Of a stretch of DNA of 64,000 nucleotides, positions 1 to 8,923 are shown piece after piece. A program made the position numbers and the translations under genes. The stretch lies in the IMG/VR virus record IMGVR_UViG_3300022752_000054, positions 9,431-73,430 of that record; one strand, given 5' to 3'. The DNA comes from a virus. A model generated the notes under the pieces. The model did no database searches. It was not told the origin of the DNA and saw only the letters and a list, made by a program, of their open reading frames with translations. Each line of letters opens with the position of its first letter. Position 1 is the first letter of the stretch.

Positions 1-45
1 TGGAAAAATTCACATTCAGGATTTCAACATCAAAGATCCAGAACA

Positions 46-255
46 ATGGAAGGTTATCCAGTGAAAACCGGTGATTTGCTTAGAAACAAACAACCAGGTA
101 CCACCCACATCACCGGGTTGATCCTAGAAATTTTTCCAAATGGAACTGTGAGGAACAAAGCACAACAAACACTCACAAAAATGTTATGGAGTGATGGGCA
201 CCAAACCGTGGAATTCTTGGAAGATCTAAAGGAATACTATGAGGTTATCCAGTGA
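46..255 (+). CDS. small hypothetical protein, KxGDLV (SH3/KOW-like) array member
   Basis: VKTGDLL...GLILEI motif; overlaps the next gene (GTGA). Confidence 0.7.
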   Translation: MEGYPVKTGDLLRNKQPGTTHITGLILEIFPNGTVRNKAQQTLTKMLWSDGHQTVEFLEDLKEYYEVIQ

Positions 256-467
256 GTTTCATTGGTAAATTGGTTAGAATGGATCTTCCTCCACCTCATC
301 CTCACTATGGTGAAACCGGTGTGATTATCCGGGTAAGGAAACCAACCGGTGGAACCGGAGATGGTTATCGTGGATCCAGGATTCTATATGATATCCTGTG
401 TGAGGGGGAGATATTAGAGGATCAACTATATGAATACTTTGTTGAAGTGGATATGAGGGAGTGGTGA
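252..467 (+). CDS. small hypothetical protein, array member
   Basis: IGKLVR...GVIIRV pattern; coupled start/stop. Confidence 0.7.
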   Translation: MSFIGKLVRMDLPPPHPHYGETGVIIRVRKPTGGTGDGYRGSRILYDILCEGEILEDQLYEYFVEVDMREW

Positions 468-661
468 GAAATATTCGCATTGGTGAATTATACCACTGTA
501 GGTGGATGGAATGGGATGAAGATATCCTTGAGGTTTGTTTGGTGATTGGAAAAGAAAAAATCTACCATGGGTTTGAGAATCCTTACCAATACACGGTGTT
601 GAGATCCAATGGAAAACTTCATCATCTTCATTCCAATGGAATTGGAGAGGAAATCAGGTGA
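461..661 (+). CDS. small hypothetical protein, array member
   Basis: IRIGELY motif; overlaps neighbouring genes. Confidence 0.7.
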   Translation: MVRNIRIGELYHCRWMEWDEDILEVCLVIGKEKIYHGFENPYQYTVLRSNGKLHHLHSNGIGEEIR

Positions 662-894
662 AGGTAGGTGATCTTGTTCGCACTCATATGTTTGGTGATC
701 ATGTATTCCTTGGTATTGTATTGGATATCCAACCAATGAAGGATGTTTACAAGGATTCACGCCGTGGTGAGAGAATGAATTCGGTAAAGATACTATGGGA
801 AAAACCTGTACCTGGTTGGTTGGGTGAAGGAAGAATTTGTGAAGTAACTGATTCAATTCTTCAGGTGGTGGAACCGGAGGAATTAGGTGAGTGA
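658..894 (+). CDS. small hypothetical protein, MKVGDLV family
   Basis: MKVGDLVR...LGIVLD. Confidence 0.75.
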   Translation: MKVGDLVRTHMFGDHVFLGIVLDIQPMKDVYKDSRRGERMNSVKILWEKPVPGWLGEGRICEVTDSILQVVEPEELGE

Positions 895-1084
895 TAAACA
901 CCGCGGATTTTTACCTGGAGATCAGGTGAAGGTGGTTAATCCCTGGTACACCAGGAAACCCCCACAACTCGGTGTTGTTATCGAGGTGGTTCCTAGTGGT
1001 GGTGTGGTTAATTCTAACAGGATAAAATTGGTGGTTCCTGAAGGAATTACCTGGAGATGGGATCATGAGTGCGAGAGAATTTGA
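887..1084 (+). CDS. small hypothetical protein, array member
   Basis: PGDQVKV...LGVVIE. Confidence 0.7.
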   Translation: MSDKHRGFLPGDQVKVVNPWYTRKPPQLGVVIEVVPSGGVVNSNRIKLVVPEGITWRWDHECERI

Positions 1085-1295
1085 GTTAGGTTCTCTGGTG
1101 AAATTGACCAGAACCTATATTCAACACCCATCCAAACCTGTTCTTGGTATCCTGCTTGAATATGAAAAGTTTGATGATAACAATGGGGCCTTTGGAAAGG
1201 TTTCAAAAATAAAACTATTGTTATCCAATGGAATTTCCAAAGATTATTTCCTGTTCAAGGAGGATGAATTGGAGGTGGTTGGTGAAGGTAGGTGA
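1065..1295 (+). CDS. small hypothetical protein, array member
   Basis: ELGSLVKL...LGILLE. Confidence 0.7.
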   Translation: MSAREFELGSLVKLTRTYIQHPSKPVLGILLEYEKFDDNNGAFGKVSKIKLLLSNGISKDYFLFKEDELEVVGEGR

Positions 1296-1477
1296 GTTAT
1301 ACCGTGTTTGGAAATTTGAGGAGGAATACCTGGTTGGGATGTACCTTGGGGCCCGGGAGGGAGAAGGTAACCGGGGAACTTTTGTTTCCGAAGTTCTATA
1401 GGTTCCTAACCTTGAATGGTGAGGTTATGGATGTTGATTTGAATAACAAATTGGTTTATGGTAGTGAGAAATTGTGA
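1282..1477 (+). pseudogene. MKVGELY family gene with an apparent +1 frameshift at GGGG 1348-1351
   Basis: GTG at 1282 reads MKVGELYRVWKFEEEYLVGMYLG; the family-like continuation (PGREKVTG..FYRFLTLNG) is in the +1 frame. Confidence 0.55.
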
Positions 1478-1659
1478 GTATTGGTTCAATATCCCCAGGT
1501 GATTTGGTGATTCATTCCTATGGAATTCCAATGATCGGTATGGTGTTGGAGGTTAGGGGTGAATTTCCTTGGAGTTACCGAGTGGTGTGGAATTCAGGGG
1601 AGATAAAGGATTGTGAGATGGGTACCGTGAGGAGAGTATGGTGTTATGAAGGTAGGTGA
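1474..1659 (+). CDS. small hypothetical protein, array member
   Basis: SPGDLVI...IGMVLE...YRVVW. Confidence 0.7.
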   Translation: MSIGSISPGDLVIHSYGIPMIGMVLEVRGEFPWSYRVVWNSGEIKDCEMGTVRRVWCYEGR

Positions 1660-1894
1660 TTTGGTTACCCCAGATCCCCGGGGATGTACCGATAGGGGTT
1701 TACATGTTTACCCATTTTGGGGTTCCAAGGATACCGGAATACCGGTACCGGTGGGAAGTTGGAAGTTGGGTGAGGTTGGTGTGATACTGGAATCACTTGA
1801 GGTTCAAGGTGGAAATGGTTGTAAGGTGTTGTGTGGTGGTGTTTCAGGTTGGGTTTACCTATGTTACCTGAAAATTGTGGATGATGAAAAGTAA
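1646..1894 (+). CDS. small hypothetical protein, MKVGDLV family
   Basis: MKVGDLVT...GVILE. Confidence 0.75.
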   Translation: MKVGDLVTPDPRGCTDRGLHVYPFWGSKDTGIPVPVGSWKLGEVGVILESLEVQGGNGCKVLCGGVSGWVYLCYLKIVDDEK

Positions 1895-1981
1895 AATGAG
1901 GTTTTACTTTGGTGTAGGAAAGGTAACCCCAGGGATATTTTTGTGAGGAAGAGGAGTACCTCAGGAATATGGCCTTTGGAT

Positions 1982-2164
1982 ATGATCACCGGTGATTTGG
2001 TGTTGCGTGAGGATTTTGATGGGAGAAATATATTGATTTTTATGGGATGGGTGGATAGAAACAAATACCATGCCATGATTTATGATTATCAGGGTTATAG
2101 GTCTTTTTGGTTTAACCCGAATTATTCGATGGAGAAATGGTGGATTATAAACCCGATAGAATAA
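1982..2164 (+). CDS. small hypothetical protein, array member
   Basis: MITGDLVL start chosen inside ORF 1943..2164. Confidence 0.6.
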   Translation: MITGDLVLREDFDGRNILIFMGWVDRNKYHAMIYDYQGYRSFWFNPNYSMEKWWIINPIE

Positions 2165-2349
2165 CCGTTGGTGATCTGGTGAATTGGTATGAGAAGGAAC
2201 TTGGGGCCAGTGTTACCGGTTTGGTTTTGGGGGTGAAACCCCATACATTTTATCCGGAAGTTGATACATATTCGATTCTGGATCTTGAAGGTTTGAAGAG
2301 GGAGATACATTCCTCGGTGTGGCCGGAGTATAGGATTTTGAATCGATGA
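2137..2349 (+). CDS. small hypothetical protein, array member
   Basis: ITVGDLVNW...GLVLG. Confidence 0.7.
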   Translation: MVDYKPDRITVGDLVNWYEKELGASVTGLVLGVKPHTFYPEVDTYSILDLEGLKREIHSSVWPEYRILNR

Positions 2350-2591
2350 AGAATGTGTGGAATAGTAGTGATAATGGGGGAAATCCACCTGAGGGGTTGG
2401 ATGAAAAGGTGAGGAAGGGTGATCTGGTTAGGTTTACCCATTTTCCTTCATTTAATGGTTTTGTGGGGATTTACCTGGGTGTTGAGGATAATGGTGATGG
2501 TAGATCCAAGTGGAAGTTTGCTACCGATAAGGGAATGGAATGGGTGGATCCAAAGGGGTTGTCACATTACCGGGTGGATTTGGTGGATTGA
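2346..2591 (+). CDS. small hypothetical protein, array member
   Basis: VRKGDLVRF...VGIYLG. Confidence 0.7.
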   Translation: MKNVWNSSDNGGNPPEGLDEKVRKGDLVRFTHFPSFNGFVGIYLGVEDNGDGRSKWKFATDKGMEWVDPKGLSHYRVDLVD

Positions 2592-2592
2592 A

Positions 2593-4137
2593 TCAAGCGA
2601 TGTTGTAACGATTCATCAAATAAGCTTCTATCGCAGCCCGACCAGCTTCAGGTAAGGTTCCGCTGAATATGAGAAGCTCCGCCTGTGATGATTCAAAGTG
2701 CCAAACATCTTGCCACAATGAACCAATTCGAAAGTGCGATGGATTAGAAGTACCAGCACCCACTAGTGTTGTGGGCCCTGACACTGAAGAACCGTTAATC
2801 CATGCTTCACAATTAGTGCCGGAAGATCCTGTACGCCAATTGACTGTGAATACTAGGGGCACATTGTCTGTAGGTCGTGTAAATGATAGGGTTGGTGTGA
2901 CCCCAGATCTCACAATACCTATAGGCGGATTACCGTCCGGACCCCATGCCGCTAGACCGTAAGTATTCGTGAGCTGGTTGGGGCTCATATCCCACACGCC
3001 CTTGCTGGCGCCTGTCGTTCGGGACGCAAAGACATGGAACACAGTGTAACCGACATCCGACGCATCATCAAGATTCCAGATAGTTCCTGTCATGTACTGC
3101 GGGGAGCCTGAGAATCTCCATGTGTCATAGTTTCCAAATGTACCACCTGTATTTGTTTCTATGGTTGGATAATAGGTATTTCCATTACTTTGCCCAAGAT
3201 GCCTACCATTGCCGCTCTTGTCGTTTATGACGGTTACATAAGAGCCATCGAGCGTAACATTGTCAGATCGATACCAAGATAAAAGATAATTCGACCAAGT
3301 GATTGGTGCTTCTGGCGTAGGTTGGCTGACAGATTTCACCTTAAATCCACTACCACTTCCCTTGCTTATAAAGCTTCCTACAATTTTCACGGGTGTTATC
3401 GGTATTCCATACTTGTTAGCAAGGTATCTCTCGATCCTTCCGCGGGTGACTTCATTGTGGGTGGTATTGAAAACAAGCACTTCAGCCACAGCTCCTGTCC
3501 AGCGTTCTGTCGCCGCTGTAGCAGGACGACCAATCGTGATCTCTGCAACAGGATTGCTAATGTTAGGAACACCAGACTGTCCCATATTCGACCCGGCGGC
3601 ACTGACTCCATCAAGATATGACACAGCCTCAGTTACGTTAGCACCTGTAACATATGGATATGAGAATATAAAAGACTGATTCGCAGAAACTGAACGTGCT
3701 AGTGTACCAATTCCACCGTTCTCAAATATCATGCCGCCGTAGTATCCTGCACCCATTCTGGCGCCTGTATATGCATTAGATCCCCATGTGAACATGTCAG
3801 CCGTTGATGATGCACCACTCCAATAACCTACAACATATGTAGTGCACGCAGAAGATCCTACAGGAAGTCCCGTGGGGTTGGATCGATAGTTGGAATCGTT
3901 ACCGTCATATGTGACAGAAGGCATGCCATTTAGCAATGCGTCGGATGAATTATAGATAGGAGCACTTTCATAATTGTCCAAGTCATTATTATTCGGAGAA
4001 TCGTCGGGCCAATTAGTCACCGTTGCCCCGTTGCTCAAAGCCAATGAGTCAGCCTTGTACCAAGCGACAAGATCGGGCATGCCGGTAGGATCTAAAGGAG
4101 AAACTGACAATCCTTGATTTTTCAATTTAAGCGCCAT
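2593..4137 (-). CDS. putative virion fibre/adhesin with two LamG/concanavalin-A-like domains
   Basis: Two repeats of 'WYxAD...V..W.DxSxN.N.L ... AEVLVF...R..IE.YL..KY.I'. Confidence 0.7.
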   Translation of the reverse strand: MALKLKNQGLSVSPLDPTGMPDLVAWYKADSLALSNGATVTNWPDDSPNNNDLDNYESAPIYNSSDALLNGMPSVTYDGNDSNYRSNPTGLPVGSSACTTYVVGYWSGASSTADMFTWGSNAYTGARMGAGYYGGMIFENGGIGTLARSVSANQSFIFSYPYVTGANVTEAVSYLDGVSAAGSNMGQSGVPNISNPVAEITIGRPATAATERWTGAVAEVLVFNTTHNEVTRGRIERYLANKYGIPITPVKIVGSFISKGSGSGFKVKSVSQPTPEAPITWSNYLLSWYRSDNVTLDGSYVTVINDKSGNGRHLGQSNGNTYYPTIETNTGGTFGNYDTWRFSGSPQYMTGTIWNLDDASDVGYTVFHVFASRTTGASKGVWDMSPNQLTNTYGLAAWGPDGNPPIGIVRSGVTPTLSFTRPTDNVPLVFTVNWRTGSSGTNCEAWINGSSVSGPTTLVGAGTSNPSHFRIGSLWQDVWHFESSQAELLIFSGTLPEAGRAAIEAYLMNRYNIA

Positions 4138-4197
4138 ACCCGTCTAAATATCCTTCCTCGTGTAAATCGTATAGTTTCTGTTGTAGTGTATAGAGCG

Positions 4198-5196
4198 ATG
4201 AGCGGAATTTTACCTCTAATCGGCCTGATAGGCTCCACACTTCTTTCAGTTTGGGCTGCATTCAAATACCTGTTGACATCATCTTATCGGCTTGAGGATG
4301 GTGTGTCGAAGCTTCTCCTGTCGCGTATACGAAAAGAAAAGCCCCTATCCTGGATGTTCGGCGGAGAACATGTAACACCACCACGATTCCCTGAACTGTG
4401 GGAAGGCTTCCTGTTATTGGATAAAATTCCCCTGTATTTCCACCGCAACGAGAGGTTGATGACCGCCGGCTGGAAATCAAAGGAATCGGTGTCAACCCTG
4501 TCGTTCTTCAGGTGGAATAGATCACAGGTGGATAGGTTGCTTGTCCATGTGAACACAGGTGAATCGATACAGGTTTCTGCTTTGACTCCCCACGGAACCG
4601 ATAGGCTTGGTGAACTTGAGCCCGGGGGTGAAGGTGAGTTGTACCTGAATCCTGGAAGTTATGAAGACGTTGAGGAGGATGTGAAGAGAGTTTTGGCAGG
4701 CGAATTGAACAAGACCAGCGCTCTTCTCTATGGATCTCCGGGAAATGGAAAGACGCGATTCGTTCGTTACCTATCAAAGAAGTATTCGTTGCCAATCAAT
4801 GTTGTCTACCTTCTTCCGGACTACAACAACCTTGACATCAGTCTCATGTTCTCCAATATTCCTCAACGATCAATCGTTCTTCTCGAGGACTTCGACAACC
4901 TGTTCGACGGTCGGAAGTGCACCATTCCAAACGACCAGATAAAGTTCACTTTTGATTCGATCATCAACGCCCTCGATGGGGTACACAACGATTATCGCCA
5001 GGTGGCGTTCATCATGACCGTGAATGATATTGGAAAGGTGGATGACAGCATCAAGGAGAGGCCATCAAGATTTAAATTTGTCAAGGAATTTGGTCCGCCT
5101 AATATCGATGTGAGGGAGAGAATCTTGGGTGATAGGAACCTTGCTATCATTGCTGAAGGATTATCATTAGATAAGGTGGTTCATTTTAAAAATTAA
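4198..5196 (+). CDS. membrane-anchored AAA+ ATPase (BCS1-like)
   Basis: N-terminal hydrophobic helix, LLYGSPGNGKT Walker A, VLLEDFD Walker B, INALDG, RPSRF; start placed after a GTGTAAA promoter. Confidence 0.75.
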   Translation: MSGILPLIGLIGSTLLSVWAAFKYLLTSSYRLEDGVSKLLLSRIRKEKPLSWMFGGEHVTPPRFPELWEGFLLLDKIPLYFHRNERLMTAGWKSKESVSTLSFFRWNRSQVDRLLVHVNTGESIQVSALTPHGTDRLGELEPGGEGELYLNPGSYEDVEEDVKRVLAGELNKTSALLYGSPGNGKTRFVRYLSKKYSLPINVVYLLPDYNNLDISLMFSNIPQRSIVLLEDFDNLFDGRKCTIPNDQIKFTFDSIINALDGVHNDYRQVAFIMTVNDIGKVDDSIKERPSRFKFVKEFGPPNIDVRERILGDRNLAIIAEGLSLDKVVHFKN

Positions 5197-5240
5197 AAAG
5201 AAGACATTTGTAAATGTGATTGATATTTAGGCTGCAATAT

Positions 5241-5588
5241 ATGAGAAAAGTTAATAAGCCTTGGGGTTACGAATTGATCTGGGCAGAAAATCCAAAATAT
5301 CTTGGTAAGATTCTTTACGTCATGGCTGGTAAACGTTTATCCTTGCAATACCACAAAGTGAAGGATGAAACAATCATGGTGAAGAAAGGCACCATGAAGC
5401 TAGAGTTTGGAAATTCGAAGACCGGTCTCCAAGAGATTGAAATGAATGAAGGAGACTCCTTCCACATCTCGCCCGGGCTTCTTCACAGAATGGCTGCCGT
5501 CACTGACTGCGAAGTCATCGAGGTCTCGACTTCCGAGCTAGCAGACGTAGTCAGAGTAGAAGATGATCATGGTCGCGTGAAACCCTGA
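5241..5588 (+). CDS. cupin-domain protein (mannose-6-phosphate isomerase type II C-terminal-like)
   Basis: KPWGYE, LSLQYH..KDET, PG..HR, EVST. Confidence 0.8.
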   Translation: MRKVNKPWGYELIWAENPKYLGKILYVMAGKRLSLQYHKVKDETIMVKKGTMKLEFGNSKTGLQEIEMNEGDSFHISPGLLHRMAAVTDCEVIEVSTSELADVVRVEDDHGRVKP

Positions 5589-7136
5589 TCACTGGTCTTC
5601 GAACCACGAGATTGAAAAAGTTGCTTCAGAACTTAGTTTATTCGTCTTTGCTGCGATCGTCAATGTCTCACCACTCGTGAGGAAGAAGTTTTCTGCTTGT
5701 ATAGTCAAGATGGTAGCCTCGTTCGAACCAACTATGAAGCTTTTGACGAGTTGAGTATTAGGTCCGATGCTTATCGAAGTCGCAGACAGATCAGCTGCTG
5801 CTATCGATTTGTTTGTATCAACGTGTTGAAAGTTGACAGGGCCTCCGAGCACGGCATTCTTGTATACATAGACTTCCGTCAAAATTGTACTCGCGGCGTT
5901 GCCCGTATCAGTACCGACCGATATGTTGAAAAGATCTATCTCGCCGTAGTTACATTGACCCAGGAAGTTTCTGTTGGCACGTATGGTCAACACAGGTGTG
6001 AGCGTGGTGTCAAGATCAAGTGCTGCGCCGACGCGAGCAGAACCCGTAGCAAATGCTGGTCCTATGTTACGAATCACCAATCCTTCAGCGAAAACTCCTG
6101 CTGAAGCACCTTTGATGGTGACAGGTGTAGCCAACGATCCGCTGTTGTAGACACCCCACTTGGCGGTCATCTGGGGATTTCTGAGGACTGTGGTGGTCCT
6201 ACTGTTGGCGTTCTTTATCATGTGGCACCCAGCCAACAGGCCCGTTTCGGAGTTCTCCACCGCAAAGAATGCATTGCCGAACCCGAGATACTGGAAGCCG
6301 ACGGAGTAAACATTTCCATACCTCGGGTTCAAGGCAAATCTCGATTCACCGGTTCCATCCATTTTATCAATGTTCCACTGGGACTGTGAGATGAATGTCT
6401 CGATTGGTAGTTCTCCCGTTTGAACCACCGCTGTTGTGGCTATCTGAGTTGCTCCGTTGAACAGAGAAAAAGTTCCTCCTACGGGCCCTGGGCGTCTCGA
6501 TACGAAGAAGACGGTTCCATCGATGGATTCTGCATCCCAGCCTGAACCGACCTGTGAGTAATCTGCCTGTGATAATTGGTAAGAAGTCTGGTTGTTTGAA
6601 CTTCCACCATTTATCGCGACAGTTCTTGAGGCCCCTCCGAGGGTGACCGTGATGGTGGCAGCTCCGGCTGGTGGGGTGGTGATGGAGAAGCTTCTGATCT
6701 CCCGCTTGGATCTCTCGCGGTGCAGTATGCCGAACTCGCTGTTCCGTTGAGCGAAGAAGTAACCGGTCTCTTCGTTACCGATTCCTGCCAGCTGAAGCGT
6801 GTCGGGTGCGCCTGGATCGAAGATCGCCGTCATCCTACACATGGAGCCCTGTCCAGGGCGATACTTGAGACTTCGAGACAGCCTCACCTCGGCGGATCCT
6901 GATGTAGATGTTCCTGAAGAGCTCGTCATGATTCCCAGCGAAGCGGTCACGAATGCACCAGCCCCAGCTGACGATGTGGTCCATTGTACTGGATTTACGG
7001 TATAGATGAACGCAGCCTGAGCCGTGGGGTGCGCTTCGGACACAAGGGGAGAACCGAAAGGTCCGACGGCATTCGCATTGATGCTTCCCTCGCTGGCAAA
7101 TAAAGATTTCTTACCAATCGTCGTAAATCCTGACAT
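5589..7136 (-). CDS. putative phage structural protein
   Basis: 515-aa S/T/G-rich beta protein with YRPGQG, QSQWNID and YLGFG motifs typical of large-phage virion proteins. Confidence 0.6.
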   Translation of the reverse strand: MSGFTTIGKKSLFASEGSINANAVGPFGSPLVSEAHPTAQAAFIYTVNPVQWTTSSAGAGAFVTASLGIMTSSSGTSTSGSAEVRLSRSLKYRPGQGSMCRMTAIFDPGAPDTLQLAGIGNEETGYFFAQRNSEFGILHRERSKREIRSFSITTPPAGAATITVTLGGASRTVAINGGSSNNQTSYQLSQADYSQVGSGWDAESIDGTVFFVSRRPGPVGGTFSLFNGATQIATTAVVQTGELPIETFISQSQWNIDKMDGTGESRFALNPRYGNVYSVGFQYLGFGNAFFAVENSETGLLAGCHMIKNANSRTTTVLRNPQMTAKWGVYNSGSLATPVTIKGASAGVFAEGLVIRNIGPAFATGSARVGAALDLDTTLTPVLTIRANRNFLGQCNYGEIDLFNISVGTDTGNAASTILTEVYVYKNAVLGGPVNFQHVDTNKSIAAADLSATSISIGPNTQLVKSFIVGSNEATILTIQAENFFLTSGETLTIAAKTNKLSSEATFSISWFEDQ

Positions 7137-7189
7137 ATTTCTCCCCTAACAAAAATCTTGTAGTATAATTAGGTAAGGGATCATAAAAT

Positions 7190-7582
7190 ATGTCGCTAAG
7201 TTGGCCACAGAATGGAGAGTATTACGCACCAGCCTACCAGGTATCGGCGTTACCCTATCTGTCCTCATCAATTATATCTGTCGGGAACGTGCACAAGTAT
7301 GAGTTCCCCTACGTCACCAAGTTCATCAACATTGTTAATAGAGGTGCCAATATCGGTGACAAAATTGCCCTGGCGTTTACCGAAAACGGCCTCCGGACAG
7401 GAAACTACATAACTCTCGACCAAGGCGTCGCCATCGATCAAGAGATCAGGACTTCCGTGCTCTTCATCTCAGGATCCGATGGAACAAACATCGACTATCA
7501 GATCTTCTGCGGGCTCACGACGATCCCAACCAAAAACTTCTTGACGCTCACCGGTTCCAACGGGCACTCAGGCGTCGGCTGA
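7190..7582 (+). CDS. hypothetical virion protein; paralog of 16570..16974
   Basis: Shared YQVS.LP, P.VTK.I, FTENG, CxLTTI, LTGS...GVG. Confidence 0.65.
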   Translation: MSLSWPQNGEYYAPAYQVSALPYLSSSIISVGNVHKYEFPYVTKFINIVNRGANIGDKIALAFTENGLRTGNYITLDQGVAIDQEIRTSVLFISGSDGTNIDYQIFCGLTTIPTKNFLTLTGSNGHSGVG

Positions 7583-7701
7583 TCTCAACAGAAAAATAAT
7601 TGAGCGACGGCGTGTAAAACACTCTGACCCTAGGTTACTATAGGATCATCAAACAACGGAGGAAACGAAAACAAAAGGTTGAGTTTGCAGATTGAATGTT
7701 T

Positions 7702-8013
7702 CCGCCTCTAGCTCAATAGGTCAGAGCAGTGCGCTTAAAGGTTCATAATACTAAACAGTAAAATGCATGTATTATGAATCAGGGCTGCCGGATGAAACAC
7801 TCCGGTATAACTTGACAAATTCGGGGAACGCTAAGTGGGGAAACTCATATGCCAATCCCGAGCCAAGCCTGGTAAAACAGGAAGGTGTAGAGACTAGACG
7901 TCAAGCCCGAGAGGGAAGGGATAGTCCAGACCACAAACAACGTAAGTTGGCGATGAAAATCGCAGTGGAACTGCATAACGCAAAGTGTTACGGTTCAAGT
8001 CCGTAGGGGCGGA
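7702..8013 (+). tRNA. tRNA(CAU), probably Ile2, interrupted by a group I intron after U33
   Basis: Exon 1 7702-7735 (CCGCCTC TA GCTC...GAGC A GTGCG CT) and exon 2 7974-8013 (CAT AA CGCA...GGTTCAAGTCC..GGGGCGG A) rejoin into a cloverleaf; C4-G69/C5-G68 pairs, no fMet C1:A72 mismatch. Confidence 0.85.
7736..7973 (+). ncRNA. group I self-splicing intron (238 nt, no ORF)
   Basis: P AAATTCGGGGAA, Q AATCCCGAGCC, R GTAGAGACTAGACG, S GAAGGGATAGTCCA; 5' exon ends in U and the intron ends in G. Confidence 0.88.
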
Positions 8014-8020
8014 CAAATAT

Positions 8021-8060
8021 AAGGAATCTTTAGACTAATCCTCTAAAGGTTCCTTTTTTT
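8021..8060 (+). terminator. intrinsic terminator
   Basis: AAGGAATCTTTAGA-loop-TCTAAAGGTTCCTT followed by a T-run. Confidence 0.8.
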
Positions 8061-8113
8061 ATTGCTTCGATTTCATCCTTCATGATAATCTTTAATTTCT
8101 TGGGAAAACTTTT

Positions 8114-8812
8114 TCATTTGGCTTTGTCTCTGTCTGTTGCACAACCCTTTACTTCTACGTAGAGTTTTAATGAATCTATGTAGAAGTCAGGAAAATATTT
8201 CCTCTGGCCTTCCCAATCATACTCAAAGTATTCTAGGCATCTTTGTGGGTTCAATCCTTCATTTTTAGCCCAATCATAAAATATTATTTCCCACGTGCTG
8301 TCAAATCTCACGCCATCTATTGTTACTTTTTTAGCACGAAAACGATTTAAGTTTGAATAAGATTCCGGGTGTTCTTCAACTGCTTTCTTCATGTAAGCGC
8401 GTATCTGATCTTTTCTTTCTTGCGAATATTGCCGACCAGACAATTTCTTTCTTAATTTCTCTTTTGTTTCTTCGGTGATTGGATTCCTGATTCTACGCGG
8501 ATTGTCTGGACATTGTGATTCATGACACATGAGACTTAAGAAAGAAGATTTGAACTTCCCAAGATCACAATCTTTTTGGCAGAATTTACATAAGAATTTT
8601 TGAGTCTCTGTGCACTCTTTTCTTCTCTCTTTGACCGCTTTTCTCTTTAAGGTTATCGGGGAAGCTTCTCCACCCACATATTTTCCTTTTCTAGAAGGAA
8701 TTTTCAAGTTCTTGCTTCTGTTAGGATTTGATTCACACCAAGCTTCATGAATCCTCAGCGACATTAGGTTCGGCTTCTTCGATTCTTTCCCGCAATATTG
8801 ACAATGATGCAT
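8114..8812 (-). CDS. free-standing homing endonuclease-like protein (Zn fingers, NUMOD3-like, PD-(D/E)xK)
   Basis: Two CxxC..H..C repeats, EETKEKLR, DSTWE...YFPDFY...YVEVKG. Confidence 0.75.
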   Translation of the reverse strand: MHHCQYCGKESKKPNLMSLRIHEAWCESNPNRSKNLKIPSRKGKYVGGEASPITLKRKAVKERRKECTETQKFLCKFCQKDCDLGKFKSSFLSLMCHESQCPDNPRRIRNPITEETKEKLRKKLSGRQYSQERKDQIRAYMKKAVEEHPESYSNLNRFRAKKVTIDGVRFDSTWEIIFYDWAKNEGLNPQRCLEYFEYDWEGQRKYFPDFYIDSLKLYVEVKGCATDRDKAK

Positions 8813-8923
8813 AATGATATAAGTATCAGCTACTCTTACCAATTGAGCTTTTCCACAAATAAAAAACCGGCCCGAGATTTCTCCCAGGCCGGTCATGTTA
8901 GGTACGATTATGTGGTCAAATCA

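Noticed and set aside
7767-8006. 79-aa ORF as an intron-encoded protein
   Set aside because: It runs through the conserved ribozyme core and tRNA exon 2 and has no nuclease motif.
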